A stretch of DNA of 64,000 bases, from the NCBI GenBank assembly GCA_025786725.1, contig JAHLTZ010000003.1:186001-250000 (forward strand), given 5' to 3'. How positions within the stretch are numbered: the first letter of the stretch is position 1; each line of letters opens with the position of its first letter. The DNA comes from Syncephalis fuscata S228. Lineage: Eukaryota > Fungi > Zoopagomycota. A program made the position numbers and the translations under genes. Shown in pieces: positions 24,161 to 37,488 of this stretch. The notes beneath the pieces are model-generated. The model made no database searches. It was not told where the DNA came from and saw nothing but the letters and a program-made list of their open reading frames with translations.

Positions 24161-26104
24161 CTAGTATCCGGAGACGGTATAGGTTTGGCCATTGGCGGCT
24201 TCTTCACCACCAGCTGGGACTGGAGCTGGGGCGTACGAAGTAGATGGTGATTCACTGCCATACGTGGTATTAGCAGCTGGAAGCTCGTCACCGTAGGTGT
24301 CATTGCCGGCTGGGACTGGTGCTGGAACGTATGGAGTAGATGGTGACTCGCCTCCATAGGTAGTGTTGGCAGATGGAAGTTCTCCGCCAACAGTTTCATT
24401 GCATGGAGTTACTGGGGCTGGAACATATGGGGCTGGAGTAGCTGGTAATTCGCCACCATAGGTGTCATTACCGGCTGGGACTGGAGCTGGAACATATGGG
24501 GTAGATGGAGACTCGCCGCCATAGGTGGTGTTGTCAGCTGGAAGTTCTCCGCCAACAGTTTCATTGCATGGAGCTGGTGTAGCTGGTGTATTGGAGTAGC
24601 TGGTAATTCGCCACCATAGGTGTCATTACCGGCTGGGACTGGGGCTGGAACGTATGGGGTAGATGGAGATCGCCGCCATAGGTGGTATTGTCAGCTGGAA
24701 GTTCTCCACCAACAGTTTCATTGCATGGAGCTGGGAGTAGCTGGTAATTCGCCACCGTAGGTGTCATTACCGGCTGGGACTGGAGCTGGAACGTATGGGT
24801 AGATGGTGACTCGCCGCCATAAGTGGTGTTGTCAGCTGGAAGCTCATCGCCACAACCGCAGTCCTCATCTTCCTCACCGCCGTAGGTCTCATTGCCAGCT
24901 GGTGCTGGTACTGAAACATATGGGGCTGGAGTAGCTGGGGACTCACCACCATAGGTAGTGTTGTCAGCTGGGAGCTCATCGCCACAGCCACAGTCCTCAT
25001 CTTCTTCACCGCCGTAGGTCTCATTACCAGCTGGAGCTGGAACTGGAACTGGAACATAAGTAGCTGGAGACTCACCACCATAGGTAGTGTTGTCAGCTGG
25101 AGCTGGAGTGTATTCTTCCTCACAGTTTTCGTAGTCTTCGTCACCATAGGTGTCATTACCGGCTGGGACTGGAGCTGGAACGTATGGGGTGGATGGTGAC
25201 TCGCCCCATAGGTGGTGTTGTCAGCTGGAAGTTCTCCGCCAACAGTTTCATTGCATGGAGCTGGTGTAGCTGGTGTGATTGGAGTAGCTGGTAATTCGCC
25301 ACCATAGGTGTCATTACCGGCTGGGACTGGAGCTGGAACGTATGGGGTAGATGGAGATTCGCCGCCATAGGTGGTATTGTCAGCTGGAAGTTCTCCGCCA
25401 ACAGTTTCATTGCATGGAGCTGGTGTAGCTGGTGTGATTGGAGTAGCTGGTAATTCGCCACCATAGGTGTCATTACCGGCTGGGACTGGAGCTGGAACGT
25501 ATGGGGTGGATGGAGATTCGCCGCCATAGGTGGTGTTGTCAGCTGGAAGTTCTCCGCCAACAGTTTCATTGCATGGAGCTGGTGTAGCTGGTGTGATTGG
25601 AGTAGCTGGTAATTCGCCACCATAGGTGTCATTACCGGCTGGGACTGGAGCTGGAACGTATGGGGTAGATGGAGATTCGCCGCCATAGGTGGTGTTGTCA
25701 GCTGGAAGTTCTCCGCCAACAGTTTCATTGCATGGAGCTGGTGTAGCTGGTGTGATTGGAGTAGCTGGTAATTCGCCACCATAGGTGTCATTACCGGCTG
25801 GGACTGGAGCTGGAACGTATGGAGTAGATGGTGACTCGCCGCCATAGGTAGTATTGTCAGCTGGAAGTTCTCCGCCAACAGTTTCATTGCATGGAGTTAC
25901 TGGGGCTGGAACATATGGTGCTGGAGTAGCTGGTGACTCGCCACCATAGGTATTGTTGCCAGCTGGAAACTCATCACCGTAGACATCGCTGCCAGCTGGT
26001 GCATAAGAAGATGCTGGTGAAACAGCGCTGTACTCAGCAGTAACTAAGGAAGCCGAAGCAAAAAGAAGGATTGCCGTTGCGGCAAGTGTGGTTTTTGAAA
26101 ACAT
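24161..26104 (-). CDS. Secreted acidic Pro/Thr/Gly-rich tandem-repeat glycoprotein (53-aa, 159-bp unit)
   Basis: Signal peptide MFSKTTLAATAILLFASASLVTA, then the unit PCNETVGGELPADNTTYGGESPSTPYVPAPVPAGNDTYGGELPATPITPATPA. Ends GQTYTVSGY*. Several 1-nt indels split the ORF. Confidence 0.85.
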
Positions 26105-27282
26105 ATTGTGTAAAGTAGAGCTCTAATCAGAGAGTAATAATAATAAGCAAAATTAAGAAAGTAATAGGATCGCTGTGGAGCAGTAATGGGATTAGTACGG
26201 ATGTTAGAGGAAGGCCGAAGCTGGCTTTATTTAAATTTGTTGCCGCTCCAGCCGAAGCTGGTGGTATTAACAGTCCGTTTTTGCTATCGATGTAGTATGG
26301 ATAGAATAAAAGTCCGATAGCCAGTTTGTACACCGCCTGATTTTATTGATTGGTTAATGATATTGAGCGAGTGCTTAAGAAAGCAACTGCTGGTCAAGGA
26401 TAGCCAAGAAATAGCTTTACGAGAGCCAAGAGAACGCATGTCCAAAAACGGCAAGTGTCATTTACGAGGGGCAGTAACATCAAAGCAATGATTGGCTATT
26501 ATAAAAGTCCGACAGGCACAAACAATTCCGCATTAAATTATTCTTCTATGCTGTCTTCAGTGGGAACGTAGCGGACGTTGTCGTTTCGAGTACTCATGGT
26601 TGTCTGATATTACAACTCTACAAATAAAATAAAACGATGTATCTACTAGCTTATTTTTACGTATCTTAGTAAGCATAGTAATAACAGTATGGATTGACTA
26701 GTGCATGACAGTAGCAAAGTCGATAACGCACACTAGTGTGACCATACATAAAGCATGACTGCTTCATGACCGAGCACAAAACCACGCTTTTGGTTTACCC
26801 TGCATGCTCCAACAGATTCCTCCATATAGAGGCACAGATAGATATGCATAAAAATTCTATTTATTGACCTATAGATATACATATGCATCGGCTTATCGGA
26901 TAAAAGGCGTAGTTTAAACAGAGGGCCCATTTTTTTTCATAAACTATTTGCCTAATTGAGTCCTCTATCTAAATCTGCTATTACTGTACGGAATTGCAAA
27001 TAGTATTTCCCTTGAGATATAATTGTCAAATAACAATATAAAACAATAAATGTTCACACAAAACTATGTTCTATAATCGTTAAATGGTTTCTGATAAAAT
27101 ACTATGTGTACATCTATCGGGAACATTCAGTCGTATTTATCTCACTTACACAGCCGAACAATAAACAGTATCACGTCATTCATAGCTTAGCACTAATGGT
27201 CTGTGCGTGTTAGTAAACTAATCTTTCTAGTATTGATAATTATACCATTTGTATAAGTATTAATATTAAATGTTTATCACCA

Positions 27283-28075
27283 TTACAGCTTTAATGTTAA
27301 ATATTGTAGTTTAGATGACCACGCACACCTTATCATGGCGTTATTCTATAAGTCGGCCTTTGATGTCTACTCTTATATTAACATTTAGAACACAATACAT
27401 CGATTGGTTGATGTGTCATTAATAATAAGCCGAGTAGTCTGTATTACAGCACGTAGAATAGAATACCCTAGAAACTTATGGACTTTATTGGTATTGAACA
27501 TTATCAGCATTTTATAATAAACAAAGCTAGTAATAAAGTAATAAGAATCTAGCTGGACGCAATAGTTATAGATAGCAGCTTGCTATCCATAAATGTAGAT
27601 CTAACCAAAATGTATACTTGATCCAAATCTAACTATTTATTAAATTTTTAATGTTGGCCTATTAGTATACATCAAACAGCCATTTATTAAATGTTTTTGT
27701 TTATCGATTAAAAGCCATAATACATTCAATAGGCATTTAGCTTGTTAGTAAATACCGTTTACTTTTGCGATTTTGTGTTGTTATTATTTGTAGTTGATAT
27801 ATAGCGTTGTATTTAGTATTAATACACTGTATTGTTAATTAGTTTTACATGGCAATTTATGCCCAATATACATAAATATACTTAGAATACAAAAACCGTC
27901 TTGAAGCCATTGTCGGAGCTATTAGCTATATCACCATAGCTTTATTGCTGTTACAACTATCAACACAAAACACTTGTAAATCATTTATTCCATTCAATTA
28001 TTTAAAGCTGAATGCACGACGAGATTATAATGAACTAATACGCTTTTATTTTATTAATAGCAGCAAGACAATTTG
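27283..28075. repeat. Left arm of a ~790-bp near-identical inverted repeat (partner 33005-33791)
   Basis: Reverse complement of 33005-33791, differing by a few substitutions and single-base indels. Confidence 0.93.
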
Positions 28076-28149
28076 GATTTTTATAGATTGTCATTGCAGA
28101 TCGTATTGGCTATTGCCAGTACAGTCTTAACAGTAGTATATCGTACTGC

Positions 28150-28635
28150 CATCATTAATGTTGCAAAGTGGCCGTTAGATGATCTGTAATAACGACCAAT
28201 AGTAGAAATAGAGTATACAACAAGATTTTGCAATACATGCTTAATATGACATAAAAACGGGTCAGAAATGCACTTGTCGTGTCAAAGAAATTGACAATAC
28301 CAATAATCGGAGTGTTAAAGATTATTAACAAAAAGGTAAGATTACAAAAAAGCAATACAAGGACATAGTGTAAAAGGTGTTGGCACTTGGCTAGTAGTCA
28401 TTCAAATATTAAAGTTAATTAAGTGGCGTATATGGAACGTACAAGTTTATGCAATAGATAAATACTATTAAGTGGAAAGGAAAAGAAAGAGAAATGGCGA
28501 TGTAGATTGTCAGTCGTACTACTAAGTGAATCAAAACAATGATGTCATTTGGCACTAAAAACTACTCATTATTGTAGAATATATATTCAGTATAATAACA
28601 AGTATAATAAAAAAAAAGTCATTTGACACCAAATT
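28150..28635 (-). repeat. Dispersed repeat family A, copy 2 (diverged)
   Basis: tagaatatatattcagtataata matches 22820-22845. gtaagattacaaaa, caagatttttgcaata-like and gtagattgt blocks match copy 1. Confidence 0.75.
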
Positions 28636-28943
28636 TCATATCTTAATCATATTATTGTAACAGTATGATTATAATATCAGGATAGTGATAGCATGTAAAT
28701 ATTAACTGCTTTAATATATTTGTGTTGTACACTTTACTATTATTATCATGTAGCAAACTTTATTATATATATTAAACTAATTTTTGATTAAAAATAATCT
28801 TTTTTATTTCGAATCCACTTATTACATACACAATAGCAAAGCAGTACAGTCGCTAAGACAACTGACAGAGAAAACAAAAACAAAAAATAAAAATGCTTAG
28901 TGACAACCATATTTGCTTCAAATGCATGCAATCGTCGTCATCA

Positions 28944-30659
28944 TTAGAAAGAGTTGCGGCGAGATCTATTTCGCACCATAGGCACGTCCTCAGTCTCAAG
29001 TGTAACTGGTTTTAGACCAGTATACTCCATTGCTGAAGGACTCATAGGTAGATCGGCCGAATCGGCAGCTGGTGTGTCACCTGATTCTAAAAGGCCACGA
29101 GATCGCTGACGACGAGAATGAATACGAGCGTGACGACGCCTTTCCTCTGGACAAATACCGTCGACAACGGATACTGCTTGCGATCCGGCAAGCTCACATA
29201 AATATGTGTCGAGCATTAACACGCCCAATGTAAACAATAAAAGCCAGTACATAAGCTGAACTGTACCCAACGCACGACGAATCACGCTACCACGATAGGA
29301 TGCTGAGACTGTTGAGTCGGCTGTGCAATGGCTATCGTTTGTTAATGCATTTTTTTGAGTATTGTCGGTACCAATCTCGCCACGCATAATACGACGAATA
29401 TTGCCTGGCGTCAAGTTGGAGCCAGTAATAAGCGGCAGTACTAGACGACGGCGGATTTCATGCCGTTGAGGTTCCCCGCCCGTCCTTGTAACCTGACAAT
29501 AGAAACGAACTTCAACGGCATCAGGACCATTTGTCGCGGTGACGCTATTAGTATCAGCCAATCCCACTTCATCGTTAAGCAGTGGCATTAACTCGTTGTC
29601 GCATCTAGTTCAGGTGTATCGACAAAGTCTTCAGGCTCTTCTGGTACTTCATCGTTTAGCGCTTTATCTGAATGACTTAGCTCAGCAATCAGTTTAACAG
29701 GCCGAATACGTGCGCCAGATCCGCTGCGCTTCTCACGACGCTGCCGACGACGTTGCATTTCAATACGTAAGCCGGTGTCTTCACTCACATCACTCGAAGC
29801 AATAGAGTTGTTGACATGGCCGTAGGACTGACAATACTATCAGCGCAGGCCTTATCATCTGTATCCGCTAGCAATTCAGGAACTGCCGGGAAGAATGAGA
29901 CCGGCGTTTCTACTGCAATATTAGCATCGGTAATAAGATTCTCGAGCATAGTGCATAGTCGTAAATAGTCTCCTCATCTTCGGCATCTTCAAATGTTCGT
30001 TTTCATCGTCATCATCCGCCATACTGCCGTCTCTGTATCTTGCTCCTCAGCTTGGGGTGCATTTGAGACGTCGTCTCTTCATCTACTTCTTTCGCTTTCT
30101 AGTATGAGCTGCAGCTTTTTTATTACCAGAAAACTTTGCTGCTGCGCACGTAAATCTTCAACAAGACGTTCAGCCTCAATAGGCTCTTTATCATTTCCTA
30201 AATAAGCTTGTTAATACGCTATCAGTAAATTCTTTTAATATTTACCTGTGGCAATTTTGATGGCTCATCTTTAGATTGCATAGTATGCAGAACATCGTTG
30301 ATCTCGGTCAGCTGACCATGTACATCGTGAATAGCCATTGACTGATCATTAAGCGCGGATTGAAGCGAATTGACGAGCCGTTCCAACTGGGACATTTTAA
30401 AAAACACTGGGTCGTCCAAACCAGCGCGGCTAAGCACCTTGGAACGTCTTACCGACATATCCATACGTGTAGCTTCGCGCTCACGTAGTCGCACTGCCTC
30501 CGTCGGCTGATTGGCAAGCGGCTTATCAACGCTACTTTCTGCTGATTTGGCCACCTCTGCCGTCGGTGAATAGGGAGGCGGCGGTGAATTTGAAGCCATT
30601 GATTGTGCATTTAGTATATCTGAAACGCTTGTAGCATTGTTGGCCGAGTGGTTGTCCAT
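28944..30659 (-). CDS. Hypothetical coiled-coil protein with C-terminal TM segment
   Basis: Consecutive minus-strand ORFs joined by an intron and frameshifts. PPPYSP motif, coiled-coil LERLVNSLQSALNDQ, and TM YWLLLFTLGVLMLDTYLC. Confidence 0.7.
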
Positions 30660-32119
30660 CCTAATAATAAAACAAGAATCTCCTACTATTACTGTGCTTG
30701 GAATTCAACTCGTAGTGGTGATGGTGATAATGTATAAAAGGAAATGCTGTAAAGGATGGATGAAGAAAAAATATGATAACGTCACGGCAGTGTAGACTAG
30801 CGCTTGGATATTGAAGGAGTGGCAGCAAGGTCACAGGGCTCTTGTAGAGGCGTATTGAGTGAACAAGCAAAGAATCAAAACGTAAAAAGGCGGTGTTCCA
30901 ATTGTAGTCAGCTGGTCTTGTTAAATTGAAAACAATAACCGTCAGTCTACGCCTATGTGTTTAATAGGCAGATATGGAGCGACAAATGGAAAAAAGCCTA
31001 CGGCCAGACTGAAAGGGATACTAAAGGCCTGGGATAAAATAACAAGCACTGGAATGAGTGTTAAAAGCTGTAAAAAAAGGTGAAAATAAATCAGTCTTAA
31101 TAATTTGAAATACTATGAAGACTATCAAATCACGAGACTGTCCACGTTGACACCGACACTGACGCTGACTGTATAGTTGTGCAGCTAAAGATACTGCTTA
31201 CGGGCAGTGTTTAATAGATGTAGAATGATAGCGTAGCTGTATAAAAGTAAAAAGACCTATGTACAAATCAATTGTTAGCAGATGGTCGCCAAGTTCATAT
31301 TTGCGGACGCAAGTGCCGACATGCGCGGTACGGCCACGTGCGTATTTCGGTGTCAAATGCTACATAGCGCCACGCTTTTACAATACGTGTCAATATAGCC
31401 GACAAAGAGGCCAGACAATACTTGTTGAAGTCAACGGGGAATCTATCCGCAACTGCCCCTTATTGACACACGTGTATCAAAAGCACAGATAGACATGAGC
31501 TATTTATGTGACTGCCCTACGCTAAAGCCTTCTCTCTACTCAGCTCTTAACCAATACATATGCATATTACCTAATAGCAACGCTAATAAAAGTAGCTGAT
31601 GTCGGCCAAACTGTATTATAAGAACAGCAAGATAGAACATAAAAAGGTTCTGACAATGTAAACAATAAATAAAAACTAGAACTGACAAAGATGGCTATAA
31701 ACAAAAAACAAAGATCACTTTATATTAGGAACATTTCATGACATCGTTTATATAAGTTAAATCCTTGAATTCGGCAGACGGTATAATTCCTCCGGTATCG
31801 GTTGGTAAATGCCAAGAGCATCGGCCTACACGGAAACGATAGATAATAAGCAATAGCAAGCAAGGTATTCAGTAATAGCATTCATGTGATAGTGGCTCGG
31901 AGACCAATCACCGACGTATTACTGTTACTTGTCATGTAAATCCTTGGCAAAAATAATAGCGCCATTATTTTATCCATTTGACCTATTTATGAAACATCAG
32001 TAATTAGAAACGACAGCGTAAAAATTAATATGACCAACCGTGCCGATTGTTACATCAAGCGTTTTATTTTGACTTATTTTTGATGATAAAATAATTTACT
32101 ATATTCTATTTAAGTACTT

Positions 32120-32560
32120 GGAGCTATTCTACTATACTTACTATTGTACTGAATATATGTTCTATGATAATGAGTAGTTTTTGGTGTTAATTAGTCTTTT
32201 ATACATTTATTATTTTACTATTAATATGTTCTATGATACGCTAACATGTTGGGTAGATTGACTTTTATTATTTACACTCCATTTATTAATGAATTAAACT
32301 CGGTTGTTTATAAATATTGACTGACAGGAATTACATTTCACAATCTACGTCATTACGTTTCCCTTTCTTTTTCTTTACACCTACAGATCATTTATGTTAC
32401 CTAACTAATGCTACTAGGTGGCTGCTTATTAGTTTAAGCATCAACACTTTTGCATTATTCTCTTGGATAACTCTTCTTTAATCTTATATATTTTTACAAA
32501 GCGTTTTTTTGCTCTGACTATTAATATAGTAAATGCATTTCTGGTTTTTTTATGTTATAT
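32120..32560 (+). repeat. Dispersed repeat family A, copy 3
   Basis: catgttgggtagattgacttttattatttacactccatttattaat is identical to the reverse complement of about 22696-22741. Confidence 0.88.
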
Positions 32561-33004
32561 TGACTATATTTATTATTGAGTATCAACCAATTGTTTTTTA
32601 CACTTTCCTCAGCTATATGTTCTACCAGTTTATATTTTAAATACCCATCGTTTCTTTAAATTATTAGTTATCCCTGCATTTTATTGATTTGATATATTTT
32701 TGCAAGAATAAACAATATTATGCAAATAGTCCTGTACAATCTTATTGCTATTTGCCTGCAATGGTGCTGACAATTAATACTAAGCCATTGCTTGTATGCG
32801 ACTGAAACAGTTATTTAATAAACTTTTACTTTTTGCCTTATACATTAATATCTTGCTCATTTATCCATAATATATCACACTGGTGTAGAAATTTAAAGTA
32901 AATCTTGATATTAATAGTAATACCTATATTGTTAAAGTTTTAAAATAAAAAACTTTTTCATTTAGTATCTGTTTATGGCATCAAATAATTTCAACATTAA
33001 TATT

Positions 33005-33791
33005 CAAATTGTCTTGCCGCTATTAATAAAATAAAAGCGTATTAGTTCATTATAATCTCGTCGTGCATTCAGCTTTAAATAATTGAATGGAATAAATGAT
33101 TTACAAGTGTTTTGTGTTGATAGTTGTAACAGCAATAAAGCTATAGTGATATAGCTAACAGCCCGACAATGGCTTCAAGACGGTTTTGTATTCTAAGTAT
33201 ATTTATGTATATTGGGCATAAATTGCCATGTAAAACTAATTAACAATACAGTGTATTAATACTAAATAAACGCTATATATCAACTACAAATAATAACAAC
33301 ACAAAACGCAAAAGTAAACGGTATTTACTAACAAGCTAAATGCCTATTGAATGTATTATGGCTTTTAATCGATAAACAAAAACATTTAATAAATGGCTGT
33401 TTGATGTATACTAATAGGCCAACATTAAAAAGTTTAATAAATAGTTAGATTTGGATCAAGTATACATTTTGTTAGATCTACATTTATGGATAGCAAGCTG
33501 CTATCTATAACTATTGCGTCCAGCTAGATTCTTATTACTTTATTATAGCTTTGTTTATTATAAAATGCTGATAATGTCAATACCAATAAAGTCATAAGTT
33601 TCTAGGGTATTCTATTCTACGTGCTGTAATACAGACTACTCGGCTTATTATTAATGACAGCATCAACCAATCGATGTATTGTGTTCTAATGTTATATAAG
33701 AGTAGACATCAAAGGCCGACATTATAGAATAACGCCATGATAAGGTGCTGCGTGGTCATCTAAACTACAATATTTAACATTAAAGCTGTAA
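33005..33791. repeat. Right arm of the ~790-bp inverted repeat
   Basis: Reverse complement of 27283-28075. Its distal part (33575-33772) also resembles 5140-5395. Confidence 0.93.
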
Positions 33792-35326
33792 CACTATGCT
33801 TTCCTATATCCAAGCTAGTTATCGTCCAATAATTAAATAATCCATCTATAATTTGTGAAATAATAAAAAACATTTATTGTTATTATTCATTAATAAAACT
33901 TGCAGGCACTGTAAAATATTAAATGGGCAATTTATTGCCACGTAAAAACACAGCTTGTAAAAAAATGGCAATGAAACTGCACTGTTTAAAGTCGCATTAC
34001 AAATCAACATTCAAATCAGATTCAATTTTTTATATACAAATCAGACCCAAGTACATAGCACACCACGACTTTCATTTCCGTATTTGGAAGTAATGTGTGA
34101 ATGCCATGATGCCAGTCTATGAGCTCTGCATTTGATTTAATGGAATGCATCGTCAAACATTCGTTAAATACGAACCAATTATAATAATAGCTAATACAGG
34201 ATCGTGCAAACCTCATAGTATCGTTTGACGAGACTATCCATCTGCCATAGCAGAACAGGATGAAGCTTCACCGGCCCGGAATACAACTGGATAAATGCCT
34301 ACACCAAATGTGTGTAGATTGTCAACTCCGCCTCCTCGGTGCACGCATTGTTCTTCCTGTTTCTACAACGCATCACCTTTTCTGGCCGTCAGCCCCCCTT
34401 TTTGCTTCTTTTTCTTTCCGCTCTGTCTTTATCTGAATCCAGTCCTTTATTTCTACTATTTTCACTAGTATTACTCTTACTTCTCCCTATTGCTTATCAA
34501 CTGTCGGGCGATCTTCATCCCTTTGCCAGCGATTGTTTTTGTTTGCAAACAATCACAGCGCTCATCCATCACTTTCTGCTTTTATACTGCGCTCTAAACT
34601 CCTAATTTTCTACTAGCAGTTGATATTCACTAGTCTTCACTCTTAATATTGTATTGGCAGCAGTAACCGTTGCATCACTACTGCTTCATACTTGTTATAC
34701 ACAATCCCCTTTGTGCGTGTGTGTCAAAAGCCGCTTTACTACACATATATCGCTTGGGCATCCCCTATTTACGACTTTTACAAATAACTATCTAATCGTA
34801 GATGCTCAACGGCAATATATTATGTAAGTAGCCTTGACTGGCACAATGACTACATTATTTATTTAGCTGCGCTTATTAATGTATCAATATTATTGATAGC
34901 TAGCGTGTAGACTGCCTTAACAGCGCCACTTTTTGCCCTATTGTCGAACAATAAAGGTAAGTAATGGACATAGGTGGGCGGATGGACGTAATACAAACGT
35001 TTGAAACGAAATGCATAAATGAATGGTAGTGTGATGGCAGTGTAACGGCAAACTAGGCCTAAATAATGTGGCTGATGTTTTGTTTTGAAAACAAGCACTA
35101 CCACACCATCTTATTTAATAAAGCTGTTTTAAACGGCGTGTTTGTGATTAGCAGCATGACTTTGCTATATAATTGACACTGACACTTTATTTTTTATAAT
35201 CAGCACGACATAGGCTATTTAATCCATTGCTTTAATCAACATTCAATACTAAGGTAAATATCTAGTCGATGACTACATGCACATAATAGTTAATAATTTA
35301 GAAAGTTTTAGAAAGATACAATTGAG

Positions 35327-36064
35327 ATGCGTCTTACCAAACGTTTCGTTGTAGTAGCCTCTGTGGCTCTACTGGTGATCATCGCTTCGTCATTGACACA
35401 GGGCCAAACAAACGATCTTCCTATCGTTGGTGGCGCTAGTAAAGGTTCGAGCAGCACCGATAAGAGTAGCACTGATAAGAGTAGCACCGGAAATTCCAGC
35501 CCCAGCTCTGGATCTGATTCTGGAAAGGCTAGCAGCGGTAGCGGTAGTGGCAGTGGCAGTGGCAGTAATGGCAGTGGTAATCCACCAGCCACTCCTGCTA
35601 GCTCCAATGACAAAACACCTTCATCTACCTCTTCTGATGGTACAGGTGTTAAAGTTTCAGTTCCTGGTGCAAAAGTAGATAAAGTTATTACCTCGCTTGC
35701 TCCTGCCGCAACTGTTACGGTATCTACAGAGCCTCGTTCGGCAGATGGAGCAAATGGTAATGATGGTAATAATGGCGTAGCCATAACGGCAGGAGGACAA
35801 GAAGCTTCTAACAATAACAAGTCAAACAGCGGTTTAAGCATTTGGGCTATTGTTGCCATTGTTTGTGGTGGTGTGGTAGCGCTTTGTGCTGGTTTGGCTG
35901 CCTATTCCCGTTGGACACGTAAAGGCCGTAACCGTCGCTTTGAGGAACTGCAATTTGGGGCTGAAGATACTTATGGTGCTTCTCAACATCCATTTGCTCA
36001 TCGTGCCTACAACGACCCATTTAAGAAGGATTTGGGTGCCCATCATCACGGTGGCTATCCATAA
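35327..36064 (+). CDS. Type I membrane Ser/Gly-rich protein (Mid2/SKG6-like architecture)
   Basis: Signal peptide, Ser/Thr/Gly-rich ectodomain, TM GLSIWAIVAIVCGGVVALCAGLAAY followed by basic RWTRKGRNRR. Confidence 0.8.
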   Translation: MRLTKRFVVVASVALLVIIASSLTQGQTNDLPIVGGASKGSSSTDKSSTDKSSTGNSSPSSGSDSGKASSGSGSGSGSGSNGSGNPPATPASSNDKTPSSTSSDGTGVKVSVPGAKVDKVITSLAPAATVTVSTEPRSADGANGNDGNNGVAITAGGQEASNNNKSNSGLSIWAIVAIVCGGVVALCAGLAAYSRWTRKGRNRRFEELQFGAEDTYGASQHPFAHRAYNDPFKKDLGAHHHGGYP

Positions 36065-37488
36065 GCATTTCCTGGTTTGGATACCATAGTAGCTGCACGT
36101 GCGCAGTATACTGTTTAGTCGGTTTATTATTTGTTGCTAATGATACAGTCTTGCATCCAGTGATTATTTTAGTTTTAGTTATTTGTCCTATAAGCTAAAG
36201 CACTGCTGTTATTAACAATATTTGATAATATTTGCTCAGTATAATTACCTAAATCTGAATAGTGTCATTATTTTTGTTCGCTTATAATTGTTCTGTTTTG
36301 CTGGTTAGCTTTCTCCTGGCTACAGTACTTTATTATTATTATTATGATAATGTTTTTATTAAACATATTGCTATAAACATGTTGTTGCTTATATTTAAAA
36401 TGGCATTTATTTAATATTCAATAGATTCTTGTTATTCTTTACAAATAGCATCTAAATACATATTATAGTGTACTTGTAAACAAAAACAACGATTTTGCTG
36501 TTATACAGTTCTATAAACAAATACGAGTAAATTGCTTTATTTTTGCAATTGTTTCTAATACACAGTTTAACTAACCTTAATTAAGATTTATTTATTTTAA
36601 GTAAATGTAATAAACATGTCATTTAGTAACAACTATGGCTGTTAAACTAACCAAATTTGTTATAAGTTTGCTATGAACTCTATTCAAGTGTGGAGGAACT
36701 AGCTGCCCCTTTATGAAAAGTTCATCAAATAAAATTAAACTGTTCTTTTCGGCAATTGCTGCACAATTAGTATAAGGAGTTGGTAGAAGTAGAATCGTGA
36801 TCAGTGCCTAGACTGTGAAATTCGGAACAAACTGTATTCAACATGTAAACTTTGCCATAGTCATACTTGGCTATTTTAGCCATTTAATTGGATGGTTAAT
36901 TGCTTAATTAGCTTTTGTTATTGCTATTGTTGTTATTGTTGTCACATAATCTAGACTACACCTTCTCACCTCGATCTAAACAATCAAACATCGATACTAA
37001 AATTATTTTATGTATATCGCCCTAAATTACGATCAATTGCTGCACGTGTACACCTGCGTATGTTTATGATTTAAGCTGTTGAATTTAAGGGGCTATGATT
37101 ATTATCTAACAATATCAAGTCAGAGCGTCAAAAGGAGACCCTTGGAAAACAAAGCTCTTATAAACAAAGTCATTGGCCGATTTCTAATGTAAGGGGGCAT
37201 AAACAAAACCAAAGGAAAGCTGGGCTGTCCAATCACTCGGTGCAAATGGTGGGAGGAGAGCGTGCATTTAACAATATTGTAAACATGTAGCCCATATTAA
37301 AGTAATATATAAAGAGTTGACGAAATACGGTAGATTATTTGCTATACACCGTCCCTTAAACTTACATCTGGACATCAGTCTATTGTACGTGTCCTACAGC
37401 ATCTTGTTGTGGCTCTGCTCATAACTGCGTAATTTAAATTTGCTTTTTATAACTTTATACAGAACTTACTCTATATTATTTTGCCACC

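Noticed and set aside
24115-25887. Alternate-frame ORFs MKLLAENFQL...
   Set aside because: Out-of-frame readings of the 159-bp repeat gene.
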